NCBI GenBank assembly: GCA_965224195.1
Contig: OZ245040.1
Span: 1,664,001-1,728,000, forward strand
DNA from: Nitrosopumilus sp.
Lineage (GTDB): Archaea > Thermoproteota > Nitrososphaeria > Nitrososphaerales > Nitrosopumilaceae
Direction of reading: 5' to 3'
Length of the DNA: 64,000 bases
Position numbers and translations under genes: made by a program. Positions 23,335 through 34,490 of the stretch are shown piece by piece (position 1 is the first letter of the stretch; every line of letters starts with the position of its first letter). The notes below the pieces were generated by a model, which was not told where the DNA came from, did no database searches, and saw only the letters and a program-made list of their open reading frames with translations.

Positions 23335-24218
23335 GTGAAGAAAACGAAATAGATGTTGTAGATGGTGAAAATCCTCTCCTAACAAGAGTAAAAGAGGATT
23401 TAGATGGTGAAAATATTGTAGCATTCTTAGGCCCTCCAAATAGTGGAAAAACTGTTATTGCAACATTACTAAATGATTCAATTTTTACACATTTTCTTGA
23501 AAAATATGAGGAAGAATATGAAGCAAATATGGTAAACGGTTATGAGTTTTTGAAAACTACAAGAAATGTAATGTTAGATGGAAAATTCCCAAGTACAACA
23601 TTACCAGATAATCAAGGTGAAGTCATTTTTGAAATTGTGAGAAAAGGTCCACTTGGTAAGGGAATGCAACTTAGAATTAAAGATATTTCAGGTGAAGATT
23701 ATGAGTCGTTACTAATATCAGGTGATTTAGATGCTGAAAAACGAGTAGAAAGTGTTCTACGACGACATAAAACTAGATCCATGCGTTATGGTCCACTTAG
23801 TTTTATCACAGTTGCCAAGATGTATGTGATAATGATTGATTGTTCTTTATATCAAAAATGGAAACACCTGGACCTTGATTATGCACATCTTGTAAATTCA
23901 TTATTAGATTTTCAAAAAATAGTTAGAGGTAATAGTGAAAAAATAGAAGCGGCAATTGCAATAATTCTAACAAAGACAGATCGTATACCAGATGATGTGA
24001 ATGATTCTGCAAAAGATCTTTTAGCAAAACAAATGCCACAATTTCATAAAACACTGAATATGTTGCATTCAGGTTCTAAAGAATATTTTAAATTAAGTAT
24101 AGACACCAATAGAACAACATCAAATGAGCAAGATCAGACAGGAGTAAAAGTGCCTTGGTCATACAGTAGTGATGAATATAGTCGACTCATAGTTTGGATT
24201 TTAAACAATATTTTATGA
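23331..24218 (+). CDS. TRAFAC-class GTPase (double-GTPase-2-like)
   Basis: G1 GPPNSGKT, G2 FPSTT, G3 DISGE, G4 TKTD; ATGA overlap with the upstream gene. Confidence 0.88.
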   Translation: MSEENEIDVVDGENPLLTRVKEDLDGENIVAFLGPPNSGKTVIATLLNDSIFTHFLEKYEEEYEANMVNGYEFLKTTRNVMLDGKFPSTTLPDNQGEVIFEIVRKGPLGKGMQLRIKDISGEDYESLLISGDLDAEKRVESVLRRHKTRSMRYGPLSFITVAKMYVIMIDCSLYQKWKHLDLDYAHLVNSLLDFQKIVRGNSEKIEAAIAIILTKTDRIPDDVNDSAKDLLAKQMPQFHKTLNMLHSGSKEYFKLSIDTNRTTSNEQDQTGVKVPWSYSSDEYSRLIVWILNNIL

Positions 24219-24224
24219 TAGAAT

Positions 24225-25523
24225 ATGCCAACTTGCGAACATTTTGTATACACTACAGCTAAAACCGATACAAAAACAGGGTATCAAATTGTAGCAAAAA
24301 GTAGTGGTATAAACGATCGAATCTTAAACAATATGATTAGTTATTTCTTTCCACTTGGTGTTGATGCAATGGAATTTACAGAATCAAAATCACTTTTACC
24401 TATAGGAAAGGAGCACATAGCATATTCAATAATAAAAAACATAGGAATTGGGTATGATGGTAGAGATGGAACATTATACAACCATACAATAATTATGAAA
24501 AAAGATGATTTTGCAAAAATTGAATACGATACAAGAATTCTTGACAAATATTTTATTGAAGAATATTCCATAAGAGGAGATCTAGATCAATTATACATAC
24601 AACCAGAAAAAATAGAGATAGATTTTGAATATCTAAAAAAATTAAATGTAGATTTTTTAAGTACGCTTTTATTTTATTTATTTAAAAAAAATAAAGTAGC
24701 TATTCTAAAAATAGTAGATGGGAAACTAATACAAAATATTCTATCAGTTATTCCTCCACAAATTAGATTTATGGCATTTTCTACATTAGTTTTAGAACCA
24801 ACTCGTCAAACAAAATATCAACTAATTCAGATACCAAGTAAAGTACAATCAAAACTTCAAACAAATTATACGAGTATAAATCCTGATGCATTACCAACTT
24901 CAAAAATCAAAATGGCCAAAGACATAGGCATCCAAAACATAATAGAAATGATTAATCAAAATAACCAAAAAGAACTACTTAGACTTCATAAAGATTTTGA
25001 AAAAATTATAACACAAGTATCAAAAAGTAAAAGAATTAAAATTAAAGATATTTTCAACATAGAAGAATTTGAAAATTTAGCTGAAAATAAAAGATTCCAT
25101 ATATTATTAAAAAATGTAAAAAATCTTTATTCCAGTCCTGCTTTTAATCAAGCATCTCCGAGAACCATTCTGACAATTACAAAAAAAATTGGAAAAATTA
25201 TTAAAAAATCTTTAAAATCACATGAAAAGAATAATCTCGATCAATCTGATTTTGAAAAACTGATGTCGGTTTCCAAAATTTTATTGGATTGCTTGAATTA
25301 CATTAATCAACTAAGTGAAAAGAAAATGGGAAACACAATACAACTAGAAATTGAAAATGAAATTGAAAATATAGAACACATATTGAAACAATATCCACAA
25401 ATGGAATCAATGATGCAAGAATATGAATTCAATCCATATAATTATTTCAAAGTCATATGGGAGAATGTTTTGTATTCAGCATACTCTATGGCATTGTTTT
25501 TTCTAGGCCGTAAATGGTGGTAA
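24225..25523 (+). CDS. GAP1-N2/DENN-like GTPase-associated protein with helical C-terminus
   Basis: HFVYTT...GYQIVAKSSGI, GYDGRDGTLYNHTII, ILSVIPPQIRFMAFSTL; hydrophobic C-terminal tail. Confidence 0.75.
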   Translation: MPTCEHFVYTTAKTDTKTGYQIVAKSSGINDRILNNMISYFFPLGVDAMEFTESKSLLPIGKEHIAYSIIKNIGIGYDGRDGTLYNHTIIMKKDDFAKIEYDTRILDKYFIEEYSIRGDLDQLYIQPEKIEIDFEYLKKLNVDFLSTLLFYLFKKNKVAILKIVDGKLIQNILSVIPPQIRFMAFSTLVLEPTRQTKYQLIQIPSKVQSKLQTNYTSINPDALPTSKIKMAKDIGIQNIIEMINQNNQKELLRLHKDFEKIITQVSKSKRIKIKDIFNIEEFENLAENKRFHILLKNVKNLYSSPAFNQASPRTILTITKKIGKIIKKSLKSHEKNNLDQSDFEKLMSVSKILLDCLNYINQLSEKKMGNTIQLEIENEIENIEHILKQYPQMESMMQEYEFNPYNYFKVIWENVLYSAYSMALFFLGRKWW

Positions 25524-25563
25524 GAAAAAATAATTGTAGTGTATGAATAATAGATTTTTGAGA

Positions 25564-25932
25564 ATGTCTAAAAAAACTGAACCATAAATTGCAGAATTTA
25601 TAGAATGGATAAATAGATTAGATGATCCCTACAAAATTTTTGTATTTACATTGTTTAATGTGATCTCTTTGTATGCAATGACTACAGTTGGGATTGGTAT
25701 AGATACAAACTCCATAAATGAATTCGTTGCAGGAACTATTATTGAGACACACGGAGATGAAACTCTTAATTTCGTTTGGTCTACTCTGATACAACCAGTA
25801 TTGTTAGTTATTGGAATAATTCAATTAGGTATTTCACTTTATGCAATATGGAAATTTAGGTGGTTAGGTGTTATTATTTCAATTACGGGATTTGTCGGAT
25901 GGGTTTTTGTTATATTTAGACTAAGGGAATAA
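25564..25932 (+). pseudogene. small multi-pass membrane protein with in-frame TAA at 25585
   Basis: ATG 25564 is in frame with ORF 25651-25932; about three hydrophobic segments. Confidence 0.55.
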
Positions 25933-25948
25933 TTGGCCTGAAGAAGTA

Positions 25949-26446
25949 TTATAGATAGGGGTTCTGTGGCGTCTTAGGTGAAAACAGCTGATTTTGTAGA
26001 TGTTGACTATCGGTGGAAAGTCTGTCAAGAACTGTGACATTGAATTTATCTAATATTTGAATCCCTTTTGAATTGGATATACAAAAACTCCGAATCTCTT
26101 TCAAGAATGTATATAATATTCCACCTATGCTCAAACCATCTCTCCAATGATTTTTTGCAAAAAATCCCATTTTTATTAAATTTAATCTTAAGAGGCTTGT
26201 TGTAGGTTCAGGAGTTAATGAGTAAAAGTTCTCTGCTTTTAATGTAAATGTTCTGTCAGGAAATTTAAAACGAAGTAAACCTATGTCTTTCTCTACATTA
26301 TAAACAAATTTGTTTGATGATCTTCCTAGATCAACAGTATTGTTTGCATTTTGATACTTTACACGACCATTAATCAAACCGTATATGTCGCCATAATTAC
26401 TTCGTTTTATTTCCAAGATTTTTAATTTAGTTATCTGACTTACCAT
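25949..26446 (-). CDS. hypothetical protein; 3' end runs into an IS6-like end (ggttctgtgg near 25959)
   Basis: 165-aa ORF. Confidence 0.55.
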   Translation of the reverse strand: MVSQITKLKILEIKRSNYGDIYGLINGRVKYQNANNTVDLGRSSNKFVYNVEKDIGLLRFKFPDRTFTLKAENFYSLTPEPTTSLLRLNLIKMGFFAKNHWRDGLSIGGILYTFLKEIRSFCISNSKGIQILDKFNVTVLDRLSTDSQHLQNQLFSPKTPQNPYL

Positions 26447-26448
26447 CT

Positions 26449-26760
26449 TTATTCAAAACTACTTTCGGCTGAATCTCCTATCTCTGAATTGCTTTCACCT
26501 GCAGTATTTTCTACTTCTAATTCCCCATATTCATAATCTTCAAGCTTGATGTCCATGTATTTTTTTAGCTTTTCCCATTCTTTTTTCAAATTTCCTTTTG
26601 GTAATGCTACTTGGTATTTGTCAAAGGAAAGTACCTCCACGTCATTTGATGGCACTAACTGTTGCGACATTGATTTAGTTTGAGATGAACTTGATCTTAT
26701 AGATTTCGATGTTGAATCTTTATCATCATATAATGGATTTTCTAATACTGGTCTTGTCAA
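26449..26760 (-). CDS. hypothetical protein, 5' end overlapped by a MITE end
   Basis: 103-aa ORF ending 2 bp before the next gene; start lies inside the inverted repeat. Confidence 0.5.
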   Translation of the reverse strand: MTRPVLENPLYDDKDSTSKSIRSSSSQTKSMSQQLVPSNDVEVLSFDKYQVALPKGNLKKEWEKLKKYMDIKLEDYEYGELEVENTAGESNSEIGDSAESSFE

Positions 26761-27313
26761 GTTAACGAGGCTCTAACGAGTCATTTTGTATTGTAAAGTG
26801 TCGAGACCTAAATGATATTCTTTAGATTTGACTTGCATCATATAGATCAAATGTAATATCCTGACTTCCCAAGACAACTTGAAACACAACCCTGTCAGAG
26901 ATAGCTATTTGCATTACTCTATCGGATGGAAAACTACCTTCCATACCAAGTACTGCCAAATTAATTTGTCTAAAATGAATAACAATATCATTAATGTTGT
27001 TTTGTATAACTGGGTGTAAAGGAGGAAAAATAGTTGTATACCTCTCCGTAAATTTATCTACCATTACTTGTCTCTAACTGTATATTTTCTTTAGATATTC
27101 TTGATGGTTTGAAAATTGTACGGTTTTGATACTGCCGTCTGCCAACCCATTTAGCAAACTGCTTTTTGCTTGGGCTAATTGTTCTATTGTCATGTAATTA
27201 ATGAGGCAAAAGGTATGTTATATAAATTACTGTTTTGTAGTATTTTCCAAAAGGGTCAGTACTTTACACTAGAAAACAACTCGTTAAGCCCGCCTCGTTA
27301 ACTTGCCAGAACC
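26750..27313. mobile_element. non-autonomous IS6-like element (MITE) with passenger ORF 26822-27064
   Basis: ggtcttgtcaagttaacgaggc (26750-26771) versus reverse complement of 27292-27313 ggttctggcaagttaacgaggc, 19/22. Confidence 0.7.
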
Positions 27314-27361
27314 ACACATAGATAAGCTTAAATCCACATTACATGACATGACAGCTGTAAT

Positions 27362-27664
27362 ATGTCTACAATTCACAAAACAACAGACGCTCGTATTATT
27401 CAATTTCCAATTATGAAGGAAATTGATGCAGATATCAACAAGATTGCTTTTACACTTTCTACAGATATTGAAACACAATACGTAGTGCTATTAGAACAAG
27501 ATGAATCTGGCAGAATCATTGCTACTTGTCCTAAATTACAAGGAGTGGTAGCAGATGGTGCTGATGAAAAAGAAGCTATAGAAAATGTCAGAGATGCAAT
27601 TGACGTGATATTAGAAGATATGGATAATGAAAAAGAGTTTAACATAGTCAGTTATTATCTCTAA
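27362..27664 (+). CDS. hicB: HicB-family antitoxin
   Basis: YVVLLEQDESGRIIATCPKLQGVVADGADEKEAIENVRDAI. Confidence 0.88.
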   Translation: MSTIHKTTDARIIQFPIMKEIDADINKIAFTLSTDIETQYVVLLEQDESGRIIATCPKLQGVVADGADEKEAIENVRDAIDVILEDMDNEKEFNIVSYYL

Positions 27665-27667
27665 AAT

Positions 27668-27916
27668 GTGTCTGATAAGCTTCCAGTTTTAAAATCCTCA
27701 CAATTAATAAAATATTTACAATCGAAAGGATTTGAACTGCAACCTAGGAAAAAGAAAGGAAGAGGAAGTCACATTGTTTTTAGAAATGCAGAAGGAAGAA
27801 GAACTGTAGTTCCTTCTCATGGTGGGAATAATGAAATTGGAGTAGGGTTACTACGGAGTATTTTATTTCAAGCTGGAATAGGAATAGAAGAATTTAAACG
27901 GGATTGGAATGGGTAA
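27668..27916 (+). CDS. hicA: HicA-family toxin
   Basis: LQSKGF...GSHIVF...TVVPSH...IGVGLLRSILFQAGI. Confidence 0.92.
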   Translation: MSDKLPVLKSSQLIKYLQSKGFELQPRKKKGRGSHIVFRNAEGRRTVVPSHGGNNEIGVGLLRSILFQAGIGIEEFKRDWNG

Positions 27917-28389
27917 AAGTAAGAAATATGATTCCTGAGGAAGAAATCCATGCAAATGTCAAAGAAATGGGATATGTTACTGCAAAACCACTAAAAGTTG
28001 AACCAAGTTATTATAAAATTATAGATGGAACTATAATCAAAGCAATAGTAAACATTCATTACCTTTTACCGGATTCAAAATCCCCACAAGGATATTCCAT
28101 CAATTCAAGTGATACAATTAGTGCATACGTTCCGATGGAAAAAAGAAACCCTATGAGATTCCAACCATATGATCCAGCACAATTAAGAGATGGGGTTATT
28201 GAGGAAGATATTGAGACAGAAACACTAAGAGAAAACTTCAGTGTTTATGAATTAAGTAATGATATGATTCTTAGCGTAAAAACCGTAGTTGGTCAAATCA
28301 ATAAAACAAAATTTTTTACGCAGGAAGGGGAACCAGTTTACATAGTTAATACAAATCCAATAATTAAAGTCAAAAAAAGAAATTCTTAA
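27904..28389 (+). CDS. hypothetical protein with an internal two-fold repeat
   Basis: EPSYYKIIDGTIIKAIV and ENFSVYELSNDMILSVKTVV; directly follows hicA. Confidence 0.7.
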   Translation: MEWVKVRNMIPEEEIHANVKEMGYVTAKPLKVEPSYYKIIDGTIIKAIVNIHYLLPDSKSPQGYSINSSDTISAYVPMEKRNPMRFQPYDPAQLRDGVIEEDIETETLRENFSVYELSNDMILSVKTVVGQINKTKFFTQEGEPVYIVNTNPIIKVKKRNS

Positions 28390-28441
28390 ACTGTTAACAT
28401 CTTTCATGTACCGACAAAAAACAGACACAAGATGTCTCACA

Positions 28442-29516
28442 GGCTACTCTGTCGAACAAATCATTTCCAACTAATGATTAATTTCATTTCCCTCAAACAC
28501 TTGCAAACAGATTGTACAGCTCGACTTTTAATTCCAATTCCTTTACCATGTATTTTCTTTTGTGAGCCATGACATACTCACCAGACATCCTTTTGAATGT
28601 TGAAAACACACACTCTACAATCCACCTGTCCCCATAGCTAACGCTGCGCTTCCACAAATCCAAATTATACATTTGAGCCAAAACTGATTTCTTTCGGAGA
28701 TAACATTTTGTTTTGAGAGATGATGTCTTTCTAACTTTGATTGCAGGCAGTGCATTTGTGTTGTGGTACAGATATGAAAAGTTGTTTTCTGAATCATATG
28801 CGCCATCAGCTAGAGCCTTGGTTACATTTCCTTTGTACAATGCTTGTTGTACTAGTTCTGGCAGATGTGCCAGGCATCATGGAATGAATCATCAATTATT
28901 TTCAGTGAAACTATTTTCTTTGATTTCACATCTGCACCAACATGGATTTTCAAGAATCCTCTTCTCATGTGCCATTTCTGTCGCATCCATTCACCTCTGT
29001 CTGCAACTGGTAAATAGACCTTCACCACATAGTGTTTCTAATTGCCATTTCTGTCGCATCCATTCACCTCTGTCTGCAACCTTGATTCCAGTGCTGTCAA
29101 TTGCTAAAATGATTTCATTGTTATCTCCAATGGAATTATCAATTTTGATGTCAAGCTTGTTTATTCTCTTGTGAATTGATGTGAAATCAGGAACTGCTGG
29201 AATTCTATTACAGTATGCACGAATCATTCCTTCTGTTTGTCTGAATGGCAGTCCAAAATATGCTCTGGCATAACCCAATAATTTCATAAACGATTCAGGA
29301 TAGCCTGGACTTTCTACCTCTTTTGTTGTGATTCATGACCTCCAGTTCTTTATGCCAGTTCTCAATGACATCAAATGACATGATGTTCTTCACCCCTTCT
29401 GACTAGTTTTTCATTGTATTGACTCCATTGTACCATGAAAATAATCAGAATGTGAGATCCAAATCTATTGTGGTGTAATGATATTGATCAGATTGTTGTT
29501 TGTTAGACAAAGTACC
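28442..29516 (-). mobile_element. IS5-family (IS903-like) element with a degraded transposase
   Basis: FGLPFRQTEG, AIDSTGIK, RGEWMRQKW, LADGAYDS, RWIVECVFSTFKR in broken frames; ends ggctactctgtcgaacaaa and tttgttagacaaagtacc. Confidence 0.85.
28970..29080. repeat. 38-bp direct repeat flanking a 35-bp unique insert
   Basis: tgccatttctgtcgcatccattcacctctgtctgcaac at 28970-29007 and 29043-29080. Confidence 0.95.
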
Positions 29517-29885
29517 AAAAATAACAATCAAGGTGATTGTAAACCTACCACCACCAAACTAATTTCATATAATTATTGAGAAAGACAATCAAGTTATCCA
29601 AAATAATCCATGACAAATCAGCAACCCTTGGAATTCTTGTGTAAATAATTCAAACAGGCATGAAAACGATTCAGAACAAGATTTACAGTTCAGGTCTTGA
29701 CAAGCTTGCAGAACCATTTTGCGTCCACTGCTTTGCATCTTGGATCCTTTTGAGTAATCTTCCCCCATTTCAAACTAGTGTTGCATTAGGTTTTGGTTAA
29801 TCGTTACGCTAGCGTGCTGAATTATCTAGTCCAGATGAATGATACTCCAAGATTTATAAATTGTATTTTTTGGAATAATTTCACT

Positions 29886-30101
29886 ATGGCCTGCAAGGGA
29901 ACCTGTACTCAACATAAGGCAAAAAGAGTTCATGGTATTAATCGCTACATCCAAGGACAAAAGATGTGCTCCATATGCGAGGTTTTCATGTACTGGAATG
30001 GCAAGCACTGTCCATGCTGTAATTTTGTGCTAAGGACAAGGCCGCGCAACACGAAAAACAGAAGACAGCTGCAGACGGTTCAAGTTGTAAGGAGAATCTA
30101 G
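29886..30101 (+). CDS. small Cys-rich zinc-binding protein
   Basis: MACKGTC...CSICEVFMYWNGKHCPCC; paralog at 45064-45279. Confidence 0.8.
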   Translation: MACKGTCTQHKAKRVHGINRYIQGQKMCSICEVFMYWNGKHCPCCNFVLRTRPRNTKNRRQLQTVQVVRRI

Positions 30102-30234
30102 CAATACTTGATCAAGAGTTGACTTTATGCAGGTTAATTTATTTTTAATGCATCAATGGAGCTGCAATCGGGAGTGGAACATGAAAACACAAAACACAAA
30201 ATTGTATGATTACGACCCATGAGTTTGGTTAATA

Positions 30235-31300
30235 GATGAGTTGTGCAACTAGTCCAATTTGAGTATAATCTCAACATTTTCTAATCATAAGATCCAAAGC
30301 TAAGACTGAATTATTTTCAATTCATGTTTAATTGCACAAACTGGCAAAAAAACCAAAGCAATTCCTGTCAATAGCAGGACTAACTGTTCCACAGTTTGAT
30401 TCCCTATACAAAGAAATAAAGAAAAATTGCAAAACTGCAGAACAAAAGAGACTATCCAAAAATAGAGAAAGAGACATTGGTGCAGGACACAAGTTTGACT
30501 TGTCCTTCAAAGACAGAATTCTAATGTTTTTCATGTACTACAGAATGTACACAACATATGACATGCCAGGGATGACATTTGATTTGGACAGACCAAACGT
30601 AATGAGAAACATCAGATGTTTGGAGCCTGCAGTGAGGCAGTCCATTGTAATTGCTGCCAAAAAATATGCAGACTCAAAAGAGATTAACGGCATGCAGAAA
30701 TTGCAAGAATTCTTTCCGGAATTAGTTGCAATCACTGATGGCACAGAACAGCCCATCCCAAGACCAAAAAACAAAAAGAAAAGAAAGACACACCATTCAG
30801 GCAAAAAGAAAAAACATGCAGTACAAAATCAAATCGCCATAAATCTTGATGGGATAATAATCCACAAATCTGCACATTCGCCTGGCAGTCATCATGATTA
30901 CAGAATTTACAAATCAAGGCATCCAACATTGTCTGAAGGGTTGCTGCAGTCTTATGATCCTGGATGTTTGGGGATGGAAAAGGACTTTCCAGAACAGGCA
31001 AGTGTTTTGCCATGCAAGAAAAAGAAAGGAAAAAAATTGACTGTTGCTCAAAAGAAGTGGAACAGGATGCAGTCAAAAATTAGAATAAAAGTTGAGCATG
31101 TCATTGCACAAGTCAGGCAATTTCGGATAAATCGCGATGTGTTTAGAAACAAATTATGCAGATATGATGTGACAAGTGAAATTGTTTGTGGGACTGTCAA
31201 TTTCAAGATTAAATGGAAAGAAGAATTCATTACAATTCCATAAAATTAAGAATTAAATGACAGAAAAGTTAGATTTTTGCTTGTAATTACGCAACTCATC
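30235..31300 (+). mobile_element. IS5/IS4-like (DDE_Tnp_4) insertion sequence, copy 2
   Basis: same ends as copy 1, TA flanks, 303-aa ORF 30332-31243. Confidence 0.93.
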
Positions 31301-31467
31301 TATTAAAAAACCCTAAATAGTTATATTGCGTAGAAAAATGTGAAGTCTCATGACAATTGATTATACGACGATAACAGCAAAGGAATTGATTGAAAAAATC
31401 AAAAGTAAAGAAATTGATTCATGTACATATAGTACAATGAAAGAGTTCTATGAGGGATTGAGACAGC

Positions 31468-31740
31468 ATGCAACTAATTCTAGTTAATGGGTTCTGGCCC
31501 GAGTTTTTTAAATTTGATCCAAATAATGGTGACCGAGATCTAATTACTACATCTCTTTCAAGTATGCAAAATTTAGCAGCAACTCTTTCACTTTTAGAAG
31601 TAAAACATGAGTATTCTTACATTCAATTTCCAATAAAAAATAATAAAATACTACAGTTTGTGTTAGATGTCGATTCTGTTGTTGCTATGATTTATGACGG
31701 TACTAAAGCCGAATACAAAGAAAACCACTCTCAACGTTAA
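31468..31740 (+). CDS. hypothetical protein
   Basis: 90-aa ORF. Confidence 0.4.
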   Translation: MQLILVNGFWPEFFKFDPNNGDRDLITTSLSSMQNLAATLSLLEVKHEYSYIQFPIKNNKILQFVLDVDSVVAMIYDGTKAEYKENHSQR

Positions 31741-32060
31741 TTTCATAAATTACTCTTTTGATATAGATTGTATCTTACCTGCCAAAAAATAATCAGCTAC
31801 TTTGTGTGCTTTATTTATTTGAGGAGACTCCAGCACAAGCTCGAATACGAGAGATTTTTAATCCTGACTCTTAAATAATTTTATTCCAAGTCTTAATTAT
31901 GTAAATATATTTGGACAGTTAAACTAGGATCAAAGATGTATAAAAAAATGGTAATTCTGCATGCCAAACAAAAAATGACTATCAACAGCTACAAAGTTTT
32001 AAAAAACACATGTCAGAAAAATACAACATCAAACATTATAGAATAAAGCTTGACTGATTC

Positions 32061-32672
32061 TTGTGCCTTGATCGTATGAATTACAAGATTCGCAGTTTTG
32101 GGCCATGTCATACACATAACGATTTAAAACGATTCATACTCAAAAGGCCAGACATTACAATTTTGGATTCACGTAATCAGATTATTCTCATCATTGAGAT
32201 AGACGGCTCGATTCACAATCTGCAATATGTTAGAGAAAAATCAAATAGTCGCGATAGACAATATACACTTGCAAAGATTCCTTTTTTCTCTATTAATCTG
32301 CTGGAGCTTGATATTATGAAAATCAATCATTTTGAATATCTCGATGAGCAGTTAAAAAAATCAGGAAGCTCTGATTTTGAAATCAACTCTAAAGACACAT
32401 GCGGTGGGTATGTTTTGCCTTTAATCCACTTTTCCATTACAAAACCCCTCGACAGCCCGACAGAACCTTTTTTTGACTTGGTGTATACACAGCATAATCA
32501 GTCCGGCAGGTGGTGGGTCCTGTGCGTAACTTTGATCACCCTGATAATTCTTACAACGGTAACCCTGATAATTCTAATTGACACGGGCAGTGAGACAAGC
32601 AGTGTTCGCAGCAAAAAATATGACTTTGAGAAAAACTTCATGCTGATTCTGGCAAAAGAATGCACGGCATAA
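32061..32672 (+). CDS. DUF559/Vsr-like PD-(D/E)xK endonuclease domain; C-terminal half probably read-through
   Basis: KRPDITIL...IIEIDGSIH...RDRQY. Confidence 0.6.
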   Translation: MCLDRMNYKIRSFGPCHTHNDLKRFILKRPDITILDSRNQIILIIEIDGSIHNLQYVREKSNSRDRQYTLAKIPFFSINLLELDIMKINHFEYLDEQLKKSGSSDFEINSKDTCGGYVLPLIHFSITKPLDSPTEPFFDLVYTQHNQSGRWWVLCVTLITLIILTTVTLIILIDTGSETSSVRSKKYDFEKNFMLILAKECTA

Positions 32673-32719
32673 AAACCAAGCCCCGTCTCAGAGGTTTTTT
32701 TAGATAAAAATAGCTTGGG

Positions 32720-33073
32720 CTATCTTTGCAGCTCGTCGTAGATTATTTTTGTGAACTGCCCAATCATGGCAGCATTCGGGGCCTCGTCATGCTTCTTCAT
32801 GGTCTTTGCCACATGCTGGTTTATGGAGCAGAGCAGCTCAGTCCTTGAGCGCACCATGTCAAGCGTCTGGGAGTCCAGATCACCAGGCGGCTTTTTGTCT
32901 TTGAGCTGCTGCCGGCGTTCCTCCAGGTACGATCTGTTCCCAGGCCTTGTTCTGCATTTGAGATCTTTGTACCAGTGATCATCTGCCTTGTATATGGCAT
33001 CACCGGCTCTGATTTGTACACTGCAAACCTTGCACGTGCTGGCAAACCTTGAGGCCATAGATATGACAGACAT
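32720..33073 (-). CDS. small CxxC protein, virus-like, paralog of 16395-16679
   Basis: MASRFASTCKVC..IRAGD....DDHW. Confidence 0.65.
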   Translation of the reverse strand: MSVISMASRFASTCKVCSVQIRAGDAIYKADDHWYKDLKCRTRPGNRSYLEERRQQLKDKKPPGDLDSQTLDMVRSRTELLCSINQHVAKTMKKHDEAPNAAMIGQFTKIIYDELQR

Positions 33074-34490
33074 TTATTTTATTCTCCTCAAAAACTCTAG
33101 ATATTTTGTTGGCGAGTTGTCAGCTGATTCAGGCAAGTAGAACATCTGAATTGTTTCAAGCATCTCATCAAGGTAGTCAAGCAGCCTGACTTTATGCACC
33201 CTGCACTTTCCATCAGCACATGATCTATAATGACAATCTGTTGTACGCCTGCGGAATTGCTGGTTTCATAGTACATAAAGCCGTACATCGCAGCCTGCAT
33301 GTACCAGATGTCTCTTTTCTTGCCATATCGGGGGGGGTTGTTAGAATAGTAAAATGTGTAAGATGCAAGTATGAATTTCCTACAAGAAAGACCATAAGCG
33401 ATCCGTTACAATGTGGAAAATTCTTTAATGCATAAAAATAGAAGGCAATGATGAAATGCATGCCGTGAGATCTCATCATCGAGAAATGATCGGGAGATCA
33501 ACTCTGAGCCTTCTTATTTTTAATATTCATAAAATCTTATAAACTCTTCTATGAAAGCAGTCCTTTTGGCCTTTTGTCTTTTTTATTTGCAGAATGACAT
33601 AATCCACGTCTTTCCTTTAGTCGTTGTTTGTTTAATTTTAATTTGGGTTTTGTTCTTTATTTGATTTTATTGAATCTAATCTAATATCCATTCCAGGGAA
33701 TTTCCATTAGAGAAATTTTATTAGATAAAATACCATACTAGGTGATATCCGTTCCAGAAGATATTAACATCAAAGTGTATCCTACAGGGAGCAGGTCCTG
33801 AAAATCCTGTAGAGTCTAGATTGTTCCAATCTGGATGAGACTTGGATGAAATCATTCCAGTACTGTAGCAGAATTATCTCAAGGAATCGCTCTTGCGAGA
33901 ATCATTCTTGCAGAAAACGCAAACTCTGTTGCTGAAACTACTTTTCTAGTTTCCTTGAAGTTTCATTTTTAATACCATTTCCTTTTGATTCATTTCATGA
34001 TATTCCAAGAATTTCTGAATTTGTTCCATAGAATTAAAAAATATAATAGTTCCATTTCAGATAATTATTCCATTGAATAGTTCTGCCAAAGATCATACCT
34101 CATACAATCATCCAAAATGCCCGATTTGTCAAAAGCAATTCTCAGACTTGAAGGAGTTGCGAGAGCATAAGATTAGCCAGCATGCGTACTAGAACTTTTA
34201 TTCAATTCTGATATCTTTCCATTTCAGAAATTATTCCTTTAAGACTTTTTTGATTGCTAATCAACCTAAATCCTATCAAAAATTTATTCTCATTTGGAAT
34301 TAACTATAATTTTTAATCGACTCTCATCATTTGAACTTCAATCACACAGTACACATTTCCAGATATCACTATTCTTGTTCCCCTATGATTTCCTGTCATT
34401 CGTATTAGTTTTTCACTGTTCTTTTTTCTAAACTGACATGCAATCCGTTCACCTTTAATCGAGTCATTGGTGCTATAATGTACTGACATA

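Noticed and set aside
33480-34490. 1-kb ORF-free stretch
   Set aside because: Probably a decayed gene; no interpretable motif or RNA structure found by eye.
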